The notes under the pieces are model-generated. The model did not search any database, was not told where the DNA came from, and worked only from the letters and a program-made list of their open reading frames with translations. This document shows, piece after piece, positions 21,867 to 31,065 of a stretch of 64,000 nucleotides of DNA (positions are counted from its first letter, which is position 1; each line of letters starts with the position of its first letter). Origin of the DNA: Phormidesmis sp. (GTDB lineage: Bacteria > Cyanobacteriota > Cyanobacteriia > Leptolyngbyales > Leptolyngbyaceae); assembly GCA_965248535.1 (NCBI GenBank), contig CBDFJR010000005.1, positions 1,664,001-1,728,000 of the forward strand, read 5' to 3'. Made by a program: the position numbers and the translations under genes.

Positions 21867-22721
21867 ATGCCCAAAAAAAGTTCCGATCGTCAGTCTCCCA
21901 ATTCTCAGTCGAGTTCTAGATCTCAATTCTACGATCGGGATAAAATTCTTCAGGGACTCAGTCTGATTTTGCTGATCATCGGCGCAGGGGTGGTGCTGTT
22001 GCCCTTGGGCATTGTGATCCAAACGTCCCTAACCTCAGCCCAAGGCAACTGGTCTCTAGAAAATTATCGGCAGGCCTGGCAGCGCGGCGGTTTTCTGCTG
22101 GCGTTTGCCAATTCGACCTTTGTGGCGCTGGCGGTGACGGCATTGCAGATTTTTACCTCAGCGTTGGCGGGTTATGCGCTGGCTCGGCTGACATTTCGCG
22201 GCAAGCAAGCGCTGTTGCTGATTATTTTGACGACCCTAGTGATTCCGTTTCAGATTTTGGTGATCCCAATTTTTCTGGTGCTGAAATGGGGACATCTGAT
22301 CAACACTTACGGAGCGTTGATTTTGCCCACGGCGGTGAACGGGTTTGGAATTTTTCTGCTGAGGCAGTTTTTTCAGACGATTCCGATCGAGCTTGAAGAA
22401 GCCGCGATGCTCGACGGTGCCGATCGCTTACAAATTCTCTGGCGGGTGATGCTGCCGCTAGCGCGCCCTGCCTTAGTGACCCTATTTTTATTCACGTTTA
22501 TCGGGGAGTGGAATGATCTGTTTAAGCCCCTGGTGTTTACGACGCGCCCAGAATTGCAAACCGTGCAGTTAGCGTTAGCCGGATTTCAAGAACAGTTTAC
22601 CAATGATTGGAAGCTGATGATGGCGGCAGTTGTGATTGCTACGACTCCGGTAATCGGGTTATTTTTGTTGGGCCAGCGGCAGTTAATTCGCGGCATTGCA
22701 ACCACTGGAATCAAGAACTAG
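21867..22721 (+). CDS. Carbohydrate ABC transporter permease
   Basis: EAA motif ELEEAAMLDGA; multiple TM helices. Confidence 0.92.
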   Translation: MPKKSSDRQSPNSQSSSRSQFYDRDKILQGLSLILLIIGAGVVLLPLGIVIQTSLTSAQGNWSLENYRQAWQRGGFLLAFANSTFVALAVTALQIFTSALAGYALARLTFRGKQALLLIILTTLVIPFQILVIPIFLVLKWGHLINTYGALILPTAVNGFGIFLLRQFFQTIPIELEEAAMLDGADRLQILWRVMLPLARPALVTLFLFTFIGEWNDLFKPLVFTTRPELQTVQLALAGFQEQFTNDWKLMMAAVVIATTPVIGLFLLGQRQLIRGIATTGIKN

Positions 22722-22745
22722 TGGGTAATGTTGATGCAGAAACCT

Positions 22746-23738
22746 CTATTTAGAAAGATTGGGTTCTACAACATTAGGAAAGCTCTCAAAGTTACGCCGT
22801 ACCCAATCCATTCCCACTTCATTGTTGAGTTTGATTTTCTGAGGTGTATTGGGATAAATTTTGCTCAAAATATCTGCATCTTGATCGACGACGACCTTGC
22901 CGAAGTTCAAATAGGTGTTGCCAAATAGCTTGAAAGCAGGATGCGTGACTTGACCAAACAGCAAAATGTAAGTCCGAGTGCGATTCTCAGCTTCTGGTAC
23001 AAAGATATGACACTGAGCAGCTTTCCCCAACGGCATCTCTGTGCGAAAAATCACTAGGCAAGGGAAGTGATTTTCTAAGTGCGCTTTGAGGAGGCTGGGG
23101 AGCAGGAATAGATCCGGTTTTCTGAGTTTTTCCACCAAACTGTAGGGAGCCGTGGGCATATCATAAAACGCCTGAGACCGATGTCCCTCGTCAATGAATT
23201 GATGAAATTCCACATGGGTGATGCGAAACAACTCCCGATGCGTGCCATTTTGATGATTGTAGTCGTGCATATTCAGCAGCATGGTCAACAGATCGGTCTG
23301 GATGCTGCGATCGGCGGTGTGCCCAACAAAGTAGTAAGTCTTTGCAATTTCATTCAGCACAGTGGGAATCGGAATTTTGGGTTCACAGCCGCCATAAGAC
23401 CAGATAAAATCGCCTTGAATGGTTAATTCTAAAGGTTGCAGTTGAGGTAATGTTTTCTTGCCCGATCCAGGTAAAACGGTGCAGCCCGACGCATCAAACG
23501 CCAAAGCATGAAACGGGCAAGCAACCTGACTTGTGCCATCGCTTTGGACTTCGCACCAGCCCTCTGAGAGCATTGCGCCCATGTGGGGACAGGCATTGGG
23601 TAGAGCCTGAATGGCTCCCGTCCCATCTTTCCACATCACATAGTCAGTGCCGTATAGGGAAATTTTTCGCGGTTGGTTGATGTTCAACATAGATTTGTGC
23701 GCCAACAACCAGGGTGCGCCAGGAAGCATGGACTGCAT
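22746..23738 (-). CDS. Rieske [2Fe-2S] non-heme iron oxygenase
   Basis: CPHMG...CPFH Rieske ligands and DYNHQNGTH; start inferred at MQSMLPG. Confidence 0.88.
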   Translation of the reverse strand: MQSMLPGAPWLLAHKSMLNINQPRKISLYGTDYVMWKDGTGAIQALPNACPHMGAMLSEGWCEVQSDGTSQVACPFHALAFDASGCTVLPGSGKKTLPQLQPLELTIQGDFIWSYGGCEPKIPIPTVLNEIAKTYYFVGHTADRSIQTDLLTMLLNMHDYNHQNGTHRELFRITHVEFHQFIDEGHRSQAFYDMPTAPYSLVEKLRKPDLFLLPSLLKAHLENHFPCLVIFRTEMPLGKAAQCHIFVPEAENRTRTYILLFGQVTHPAFKLFGNTYLNFGKVVVDQDADILSKIYPNTPQKIKLNNEVGMDWVRRNFESFPNVVEPNLSK

Positions 23739-23760
23739 AGGGTTCTCCAGAGGGGATAGA

Positions 23761-23790
23761 ATTGTGAGAAATCCGTCGTGTTTCCACAAT
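23761..23790. promoter_or_regulatory. Putative TetR operator in the divergent promoter
   Basis: ATTGTG(A)GAAA...TTTCCACAAT imperfect inverted repeat. Confidence 0.55.
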
Positions 23791-24600
23791 ATGACAGAAG
23801 ATTCATGTTCGTCAAGCGCCCAGTCCTTCGGTTTGCGTCGCCAGCCCAGACAACAGCGAGGTAAAGAACGGGTTGAAAAAATTCTTGATGCGGCGGCGGC
23901 AGTGTTTGATGAGATTGGGTATGACACGGCGACTACCCATTTGATTGCGGCAAAAGCGGGGACAGCGATCGGGTCTCTCTATCAGTTTTTTCCCGATAAA
24001 GCTGCCATTTTTAATGCGATGGAATTGCGCCACACAGAGCGGGTCAAGATGATGTGGGCCCAGGCAAACACATCTGCTATTGTGCAGTTACCCCTGCGTC
24101 AGATGATCCATGCACTGACGATCGCTGTAGCAGATTTGTTTGCCCAGCCCGTTTCACGAGTCGTGTTTGTGCAGTTCTATACGGCGCGCCAGATCTTTCA
24201 GTCGATCGACGACAGCATGACGCAAGAAGCGATCAATTTTATCGCTAGTCTCTTAATGCAGAGAAATTCGGCTCTCGGCGAACCCCAGTGCAACTTGTTA
24301 GCAGAAGTCTGTGTCCATAGCAGCAATGCGGTGATGTTGGCTGCCTTGCGTAACCCTAATCCGCAGCATCACCATCAGTTGACTGAGCAGATCGAGGATT
24401 TGTTAGTGTCATATTTAGAGCCGCACGTTGGGGACAATCTGTTTGACAATGTAATGAAAGTAATGAAATGTCCCCACTGTCGATCGCAATCAACATCCAA
24501 AAACGGCTATCGTCGAGGAAAGCAGTGTTATCGCTGTAAGGATTGCGGGCGGCAGTTTGTAGAGAGTGGCAATCTAGCTAGGGCAAAAAGTTCTCCATAA
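23791..24600 (+). CDS. TetR regulator with C-terminal IS1-like zinc ribbon
   Basis: ILDAAAAVFDEIGYDTATTHLIAAKAGTAIGSLYQFF; C-terminal CPHC...KNG..RGKQCYRCKDCGRQF. Confidence 0.88.
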   Translation: MTEDSCSSSAQSFGLRRQPRQQRGKERVEKILDAAAAVFDEIGYDTATTHLIAAKAGTAIGSLYQFFPDKAAIFNAMELRHTERVKMMWAQANTSAIVQLPLRQMIHALTIAVADLFAQPVSRVVFVQFYTARQIFQSIDDSMTQEAINFIASLLMQRNSALGEPQCNLLAEVCVHSSNAVMLAALRNPNPQHHHQLTEQIEDLLVSYLEPHVGDNLFDNVMKVMKCPHCRSQSTSKNGYRRGKQCYRCKDCGRQFVESGNLARAKSSP

Positions 24601-24617
24601 AACTCAAATTTCATCCT

Positions 24618-24860
24618 ATGAGAAAGTTAGGGATTGGCTTGATATTAGTGTCGTTTTTGCCCTGGATTATGGTGGCGGTTTTGCCTTTTTTGGCCCTCTC
24701 GATCGCTCAAAAAGCAGTGCTCATCCCTGTGCTGATCGGCAGTGCTGAGGTGATATTTTGGGTCGGAATTTTGATCGTGGGCAAAGAGGTGGCTGAACGA
24801 TATCGACGCTGGTTGAATCCGCGTTATCTATGGGAGAGGATTCGGCGACGAGATCGCTAA
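24618..24860 (+). CDS. Small two-TM membrane protein
   Basis: 80 aa, hydrophobic; EVIFWVGILIVGKE. Confidence 0.75.
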   Translation: MRKLGIGLILVSFLPWIMVAVLPFLALSIAQKAVLIPVLIGSAEVIFWVGILIVGKEVAERYRRWLNPRYLWERIRRRDR

Positions 24861-24875
24861 CTCAATGAGGGTGAA

Positions 24876-25952
24876 TCATTCCCAGGTGCCCACGTCAGAC
24901 GCTTCTTGATCGTCATCTAACTTTAGGCGAATGGTGCGCGAAAAGCCTTCACCTTTGGGGTCACCAAGACAGAACTCGATCGAGTGACTGGTCAATCCAT
25001 CCAAGCAGCTTAATAGCGTTCTCAGATGAGGAGAACTGGCTCCGGTGTCGAGATAAACCCGTTCGGATAGGGTGTTGATGCGCTTCCAAGTCGTGTAGAG
25101 TTTGGCGATCGCTTGCTCTAACTGCGCGGCTTGGCTGACTAATTCTGCGGTGGAATTTAAACAGCCCAGCCGCAGCGCTTCTTCGAGAGCTAGTTCTAAA
25201 TCTAAAGACTCGTTGCTTAAGGCTTGCACTTGAGTAGCCGCTTCTAGATAGCGACTCAAATAGCGGGCCTCTGACGTGACCTGTTTGAGCGTATCAACAT
25301 CGGGATTTTGAGCCACCGTGTCTCTAATTGAGACCTGATGAGACTGAGGAAGTTTTTCTAACTGCCGGACTAGCGGCGCTAAATAGCGAGTCGGAATCGT
25401 TTGATCGGCCGCTTTTTCGCGCACTTCGACAGGCAGCAGATCTGAGGTCATGGCAGTCCAGTCATCAGAGAGTTGCCGAACTTCTCGCCGCGTGATGCGA
25501 TCGCCCTTTCTCGCCGTGTCGCCAATCATCTGCTGCACTTCAGGCGCGGCTTGAGCCGTCTCGACAAACGCCCGCTTAGTAAACTGATTTACGTCTTCAG
25601 GCTCTAAGCAGCCGCTCTCAAGCAGCGTGTCGGCACTGTTGGCTAACTCGATCAGGTTATAAGCCTGACTTTTGCTGATTTCGCGATCTTTAAGCCAGTT
25701 GAGAAACCCAACACCTCGACCTTCGCCGCGCTTTTTTTCACGATCGCGCACCGTTTTGAGAATGCGCCCGCGCCAGATATCGGTTTGCAAATCAAAGCGA
25801 TCGCACACCTGCCACGCCGTCTCAATCTGCTGCTGAAAGTCAAGATCTAAAATCTTCTCGTCTTCGGGGTCGGGTAGCTGAAAACCGAGATCTAAAAATG
25901 GCTCTGAGGCAGATGGGGCAAGATTTGTCAGAGATTGAGGCGCTTGAACCAT
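24876..25952 (-). CDS. Conserved cyanobacterial hypothetical protein
   Basis: 358 aa ORF; CDRFDLQTDIWRGRIL. Confidence 0.8.
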   Translation of the reverse strand: MVQAPQSLTNLAPSASEPFLDLGFQLPDPEDEKILDLDFQQQIETAWQVCDRFDLQTDIWRGRILKTVRDREKKRGEGRGVGFLNWLKDREISKSQAYNLIELANSADTLLESGCLEPEDVNQFTKRAFVETAQAAPEVQQMIGDTARKGDRITRREVRQLSDDWTAMTSDLLPVEVREKAADQTIPTRYLAPLVRQLEKLPQSHQVSIRDTVAQNPDVDTLKQVTSEARYLSRYLEAATQVQALSNESLDLELALEEALRLGCLNSTAELVSQAAQLEQAIAKLYTTWKRINTLSERVYLDTGASSPHLRTLLSCLDGLTSHSIEFCLGDPKGEGFSRTIRLKLDDDQEASDVGTWE

Positions 25953-25979
25953 CGGGACGTTTTAATAACAGCCGAACTA

Positions 25980-26453
25980 TTATTGCACGATCGCTTTCCA
26001 CACTAGCCCGATCACAAAAACGCTTAAAGCTGCAATGCTAACAACTAACAATAAAAATCCGAACAGCAATAGCAGTACAAATCCTTGGTCAGCTTTTTTC
26101 TGATGTTGGGGTGAATCGAGATGCGCTTCTAACAATCGCACATTTTTGCTGTTGGCTTTCCAGGTGACATCTAACAAATCTCCGGCAACCGGAACAGAAC
26201 CCGCTACTGTGTCGAAGACTAAATTAGACACCATCCGCGTCACGGTCGATCGGGGCAACCCCAGTCGAGCCGCTTCCCACACAATGTAGACCGAAAACGC
26301 CGCCATGACTAAATCTCCGCCACCGGGAAGCAAGCCCACGATCGGGTCAATTCCGACTCTAAACGAGGTGCCAGGAATGGCGATCGCGTTGTCTAAAAGA
26401 TGAGCCAGCGATCGTAGTCGTTGCAGTGAAGCCGCTTTAGAATCGGGTTGCAT
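25980..26453 (-). CDS. DUF4112 family membrane protein
   Basis: LLDNAIAIPGTSFRVGIDPIVGLLPGGGD. Confidence 0.9.
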   Translation of the reverse strand: MQPDSKAASLQRLRSLAHLLDNAIAIPGTSFRVGIDPIVGLLPGGGDLVMAAFSVYIVWEAARLGLPRSTVTRMVSNLVFDTVAGSVPVAGDLLDVTWKANSKNVRLLEAHLDSPQHQKKADQGFVLLLLFGFLLLVVSIAALSVFVIGLVWKAIVQ

Positions 26454-26616
26454 AGATGCTCAAAAAACAAGTCGCTCTCAGCATAGAGGAAGTTAGAGCG
26501 ATCGGGCAGTTTGATATTAGAATCTATCCCTGAATTGCATTATTTACTTGATTTAGACCTGCTCTGAAAATCCATCTTCAAAGCAGATCTATTGACGACT
26601 CCCTAACCCCAACTCC

Positions 26617-26988
26617 CTACAGTTGAATGGTTGTTTTGTTGGATACCTCCTCTACTTGAATTAACGAACCACTACCCAGAACAATGTTGAACTTCATTAA
26701 AGAACGTTCAACCTGATAACCAGGCAACACTCGAACAATCTGATACTCTGTGGTCAAATCACTCGTGCCATCCCACTTGAGAAACGCCAGTTGATTAGAC
26801 GCAATCTCACTCAGTTCTGAGACGAACTCTTCAATGCTATCGCTAACATTCACGAGAATGCCAGACGGCACAAAGAGATAACGCTCTTGTAAATCCAAAA
26901 CCACACTCACCCGATAACGCTTTTCGATTGAGCATCGCAACTCAACCGTAAACGAAATCGAGCTAGGCACGATCGTCCTAACTGCCAT
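26617..26988 (-). CDS. Hypothetical protein, 123 aa
   Basis: ORF with a GAGG RBS upstream; no recognisable motif. Confidence 0.65.
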   Translation of the reverse strand: MAVRTIVPSSISFTVELRCSIEKRYRVSVVLDLQERYLFVPSGILVNVSDSIEEFVSELSEIASNQLAFLKWDGTSDLTTEYQIVRVLPGYQVERSLMKFNIVLGSGSLIQVEEVSNKTTIQL

Positions 26989-27028
26989 AGTTTTTGTCCT
27001 CTTAGTTAAGTTAAAGAGGACAAAAACT
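26989..27028 (-). promoter_or_regulatory. Perfect 15-bp hairpin occluding the RBS of the 26988 gene
   Basis: AGTTTTTGTCCTCTT-N10-AAGAGGACAAAAACT directly abuts the ATG. Confidence 0.7.
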
Positions 27029-27106
27029 CTGATGGCTCAGAAATTCGGTTGGGGTGAAACCTGTATGCAGGATCTTGATTCCAGCCTTTCAAGATCCCAT
27101 AGCAAA

Positions 27107-27240
27107 GCCGACGGTGTACAATCATGAACGCCTCCTGAGTTACTGACTCTAACTAGGGATGGAAGACCTCGGAGTCTGATTTGGACGATCAGGCTTCGGG
27201 GCACAACTCCATCACTGCGGTGTATTCTACAGGAGTTTTT
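27107..27240 (-). ncRNA. 6S RNA (SsrS/SsaA)-like structured element with the 5' closing strand absent or degenerate
   Basis: Nested stems CTCCTG/CAGGAG, GATGGA/TCCATC and a 14-bp inner stem; minus-strand motifs CACCGCA..GATGGAG..TCTTCCATCCCTAG..CAGTAAC..GGCGTTCA..CACCGTCGG resemble cyanobacterial 6S RNA as I recall it. Confidence 0.5.
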
Positions 27241-27441
27241 TGATTTTTGGAATAGTGAGGTTTTTGGGGGAGGGAAGCGATCGGGTTTTGGGGAAGAGAG
27301 GGGAGCGATCGTAAATTCTCCCTGATTTATGTTCCAGTCGAGCAACGGCAGGGATGCGATCGACTCAGCGCCATGACTGATTCATCGGGACGAGACAATT
27401 TACTTTTGGCTCCCTTAGAATCGAAAAACCTGAGTGCCATT

Positions 27442-27560
27442 CCGTATAATTACCCGAAAGTGGAGAGTTATCCTGTGAGAATTCAGGATGATTCCTAAAA
27501 AAATGGGAGTTATCCGGTTTCCATACGGCATAATTTCTCTGAGAGAGGCATTTATCCTGT
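27442..27560. repeat. Three imperfect palindromic units with a 42-bp period
   Basis: TTATCC at 27468, 27510 and 27552; unit 2 is CAGGATGATTCC...GGAGTTATCCGG. Confidence 0.7.
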
Positions 27561-28347
27561 TTGATAGGAGTTCAAACGGCAGAAATAGTTAGACCGTTAT
27601 GCACACCATTTGATGCAGTATCTCCGACAAGCATAATTTGCTCAATTCGGATATTTCTTCGATCACGAGTTGCTTGACTGCAAAGCCTAGAGTTGAACCA
27701 ACCGAACATTCCTCAACGGCATCTCACTTTCTATTGAGCAAACGGAAGGATTCAACTTGTAAAGGTCAGTGGTGAACTTGGCTGGCAAGAGCAGTCATAA
27801 ATTTGAAAGAAGCATTCGCAAAGCTGATGTGACAGCGATCGCTACGCCGACTTATCATTTGGTCAAATTACGCATTTGTAGCTTATAACTTGTCCAAGCA
27901 AAGATACTTCAGAAAATTTCTTAGAGAAGTGACCAAATTTATTCCTATTAAGGAATTAACGTAGGTGACGGGTCGCATAGGATTTCTGAAAGCGGTGCTC
28001 CGTCAGTTACAACTTTAGCGCGAATGCCGAGTTCTTCGATTTATCTGTGGCTTATTGAGATGGCTGAGTTCCTGTGCTTAATAATGAATTGGCAATGAAA
28101 CTCTGGCGAAGCTTGCGAAGCATAGATGCGGTTGATGGTTTGTCGAGCAACGCATAACAAAACCCCAATGCGTTAGAGCCGGAGACCGATGCGAGAGGGT
28201 TTCAATTACGAGCGTTATTGCTAAAATTTTCACTACTTTCATCTCCAATTGACTTCTCAGTCGAAAACAGTAATCTTGGATTAAGAGGGGAGCTTAGAGA
28301 TAATATGTCGCCGCTAACCTTTGGTACACTCTTGAACTATCTGTTAG

Positions 28348-28689
28348 TTGCCGCCAGCCCGAGATACTTTAGTTGATATAATCAATTACTTCGGTCTTTT
28401 AGAGCGCTTTTATCTTAATTACCAGTCAAGCATGAACAGCTTTTAGACAACGCTCAATCCGAAACGGGAAGATGTAATCAACGGTGCAGCAGACATAATC
28501 GAAATTGCAACTCAAGATCAGAGACTCAGAACGGTTTTCAATTCCATCTATAATTTTGAATTAAGTTGCCATTTCATCCATACGCACATTGTAAGAGAGA
28601 ATTTTATGATTGATAGTCGTAGTTCGCGCCGACTTATCTATGCTTACGACGGGTCGATGAGATTTATGACAAGTGCGTCCTCAAGTTGA
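28348..28689 (+). pseudogene. Decayed cassette ORF
   Basis: One frame reads LPPARDTLVDIINYFGLLERFYLNYQSSMNSF*TTLNPKREDVINGAADIIEIATQ...SSS* with an internal TAG. Confidence 0.4.
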
Positions 28690-28985
28690 GGAAGGCAATC
28701 ACAGGCACCGATCGTGGCGAGATCATTGAAACCGGAATTGACGATAGATGGTGGCAGTCTTCGTTGATGCTCAGCCTTGGGTGATTCGGTGGGAGGTGAC
28801 AGGTAGCCGCAGCTTGAGGAAGCTTCCGCAATGAGGATTTAAATCCGTCCGCGAATCGCCGAGTTCTTCTATCCTTCTTTCATCATTATGAGATGCACTT
28901 GGCTTTGGCATTCTGCTGACTGTCGAAGCGTTGGGCGCGAAGCGAGGGTTCGGTTGAACTGTACAAAGACGAGCAACGCAGAACA

Positions 28986-29091
28986 AGATAACAACCCGAT
29001 TGGATGGCGGCTTCACTGTTGAGTCAGTTGATCTGGGTCGAGGCTGCAAAAATCAGACGGTTTACAAAGCCGCTCAATCGGAACGTTAGGT
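28986..29091 (+). repeat. attC-like site
   Basis: AGATAAC-AACCCG-ATTGGA..GCGGC...GCCGCTCAAT-CGGAAC-GTTAGGT. Confidence 0.75.
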
Positions 29092-29181
29092 CGCTTGTCT
29101 TCTTACTAAGGCATTCAATGAGGCTATGCATAGCTCTGCCATTTCATTTTCAAAGTTGACGTTTAGATAGGTGCAGGGTCT

Positions 29182-29706
29182 ATGAGATGTCCTAAGTGTG
29201 GTTATGATAATTCGCCTGAAGGTACACAGGATGGTAAATGTGACGAGTGCGGGCATCCTCTGTTTGCTGAAGGTGAGAGTTTAAGTCCTCAAACTAATGA
29301 TTCAATCGGCGACAGCATAGTTAGTGCTTCCACTGGTAAGCGAATTGTTAATTTTATCGGAGATCTAATGATTTCTAGATTTATCGTAGTGGCACTATAT
29401 ATGGTTCCCGCTAATTCAGGGGGCATAAGTTCTTCAGTAAAAGAGCCGGGTGGAAATTTTTTGTTCAATATTCTCATATTATTTTTGTATTATTTCTTAT
29501 GTGAAGCAAGATTTCAACGGACACCAGTGAAATTTATTACGCGGACAAAAGTCGTTATGAAAGATGGTTCAAAGCCTAGTGAAGGTTCAATAGCGTTAAG
29601 AACACTCATCAGGTTTGTGCCATTCATAATCTTTTCCATGTCTTCCTACGGGACTTGGTGGCATGATCAATGGACAAATACCCGTGTGGTAGACAGTAAA
29701 GGATAG
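29182..29706 (+). CDS. RDD-family membrane protein with N-terminal zinc ribbon (cassette gene)
   Basis: CPKC...CDECG; ASTGKRIVNFIGD, RTLIRFVP and WHDQWTNTRVV. Confidence 0.85.
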   Translation: MRCPKCGYDNSPEGTQDGKCDECGHPLFAEGESLSPQTNDSIGDSIVSASTGKRIVNFIGDLMISRFIVVALYMVPANSGGISSSVKEPGGNFLFNILILFLYYFLCEARFQRTPVKFITRTKVVMKDGSKPSEGSIALRTLIRFVPFIIFSMSSYGTWWHDQWTNTRVVDSKG

Positions 29707-29757
29707 GAAAACGGATTGGTGTAAAGTTGAGAGTCCTGGTCTGAGTATGTTGTCGCG

Positions 29758-29843
29758 GTCTGACAACCGCACTGCACCGGAATGTATGATACGGTCGGTT
29801 AATTGCAAAGGTAATCTGCATCCGGTGAGCGCGAACGTTATGC
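29758..29843 (+). repeat. attC-like site (R'' core reads GAC instead of AAC)
   Basis: GTCTGAC-AACCGC-ACTGCACCGGA...TCCGGTGAGC-GCGAAC-GTTATGC. Confidence 0.75.
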
Positions 29844-29910
29844 CGCTTATATCGTCCAGGGGCATTGCTGATTTCCAAAATCTAGAAAATTATTAGCAGG
29901 AGAAGAGTTC

Positions 29911-30147
29911 ATGTCATCTTTCAAGCTTGAATCTATGAAAAATGGGGATAACTTGTCCTTAACTAGCACAATGATGTATCCAGGAGTCACAGATCTTCAT
30001 GTTCACAAACACGAAAAAGGTCTGACGCTTACCATGGTGTACAAAGGTGAGAAGGAACACCTTCCACTTGATAGATACATGCCAGCAGCAGAGTCTAAAG
30101 AAACTGTTGACCATATGTACAAGAAACTTCAACAAAAGTACGGCTAA
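29911..30147 (+). CDS. Hypothetical cassette protein, 78 aa
   Basis: AGGAG RBS; first ORF after the attC-like site. Confidence 0.7.
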   Translation: MSSFKLESMKNGDNLSLTSTMMYPGVTDLHVHKHEKGLTLTMVYKGEKEHLPLDRYMPAAESKETVDHMYKKLQQKYG

Positions 30148-30282
30148 GTTCTTTTTTCATTCCAAGACTTGGAGAGGTGTGATCGCCCTATCAAGAGTAA
30201 TTGCCCCTCTAACAATCGTTCACCAAACTTTAGATTTGCTCAAAATCAAATCGGTGTAGCCAGTGGTACAATCATACCCATT

Positions 30283-31065
30283 ATGTATGACGATACCTGC
30301 CGATTCCTTGCCGAGCACTTCTCCGCCGACTTTGCCAGTTGGCTGCTGGGAAAATCTGTCACCTTGACAGAACTTCAGCCCTCCGAACTCTCCCTTGACC
30401 CAATTCGCGCCGATGCCCTGATTTTCCTAGAGTCGGACGAAGAAACTTTGCATATCGAGTTTCAAACGCTTCCCAAAGATAATATTCCATTCCGTATTCT
30501 AGATTATCGTGTGCGAGGCTACCGGAGAGATCCGACTAAACCGATGCGCCAAATTGTAATTTATCTGAAGCAGACTGCATCGCCGTTGGTTTATCAAACC
30601 AGTTTTACAATGGAGCGCACCTGCCATGAGTTTGAGGTGATTCGCTTGTGGGAGCAGCCTGCATCACTCTTTCTAGAATATCCTGGACTGATTCCTTTTG
30701 CGGCTTTAGGGCAAAGTGCAGATGCAGAGGAAACGCTACGCCAAGCCGCTCAAAGAGTGGATCAGATCACTGATCCCCAAATTCAAGCGAATCTGATGGC
30801 GGCATCCGGGATTTTAGCTGGGTTAAAATTAGAACAGGAAGTAATTTATCGTTTATTGCGGAGGGACATCATGCAAGAATCCACTGTTTATCGTTCGATC
30901 CTGGCAGAAGGTGAGACAAAAGGCGAAGAAAAAAAACAGCGAGAGATTGCCACTAATTTTTTACGAGATGGTTTATCGGTCGAAACTGTTGCCCGTGGTA
31001 CAGGGTTATCGATCGAGGAAGTTCAACAGCTTCAGCAGCAATTGAACGAGTCTCCGCAAAATTAG
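30283..31065 (+). CDS. Rpn-family recombination-promoting nuclease/putative transposase (PD-(D/E)XK)
   Basis: MYDDTCRFLAE, IRADALIFL, HIEFQT, MQESTVY..I..EG and C-terminal IATNFL..GLS.E.VA..TGLS. Confidence 0.9.
   Translation: MYDDTCRFLAEHFSADFASWLLGKSVTLTELQPSELSLDPIRADALIFLESDEETLHIEFQTLPKDNIPFRILDYRVRGYRRDPTKPMRQIVIYLKQTASPLVYQTSFTMERTCHEFEVIRLWEQPASLFLEYPGLIPFAALGQSADAEETLRQAAQRVDQITDPQIQANLMAASGILAGLKLEQEVIYRLLRRDIMQESTVYRSILAEGETKGEEKKQREIATNFLRDGLSVETVARGTGLSIEEVQQLQQQLNESPQN

Noticed and set aside
27037..27345. 102-aa minus-strand ORF
   Set aside because: It overlaps the structured RNA-like element and low-complexity DNA and has no protein-like features.
27442..27560. 42-bp repeat as a CRISPR array
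   Set aside because: The units are degenerate, the period is too short for repeat plus spacer, and no cas genes are present.
28771..29049. 92-aa minus-strand ORF
   Set aside because: It crosses an attC-like site and the conserved non-coding trailer.
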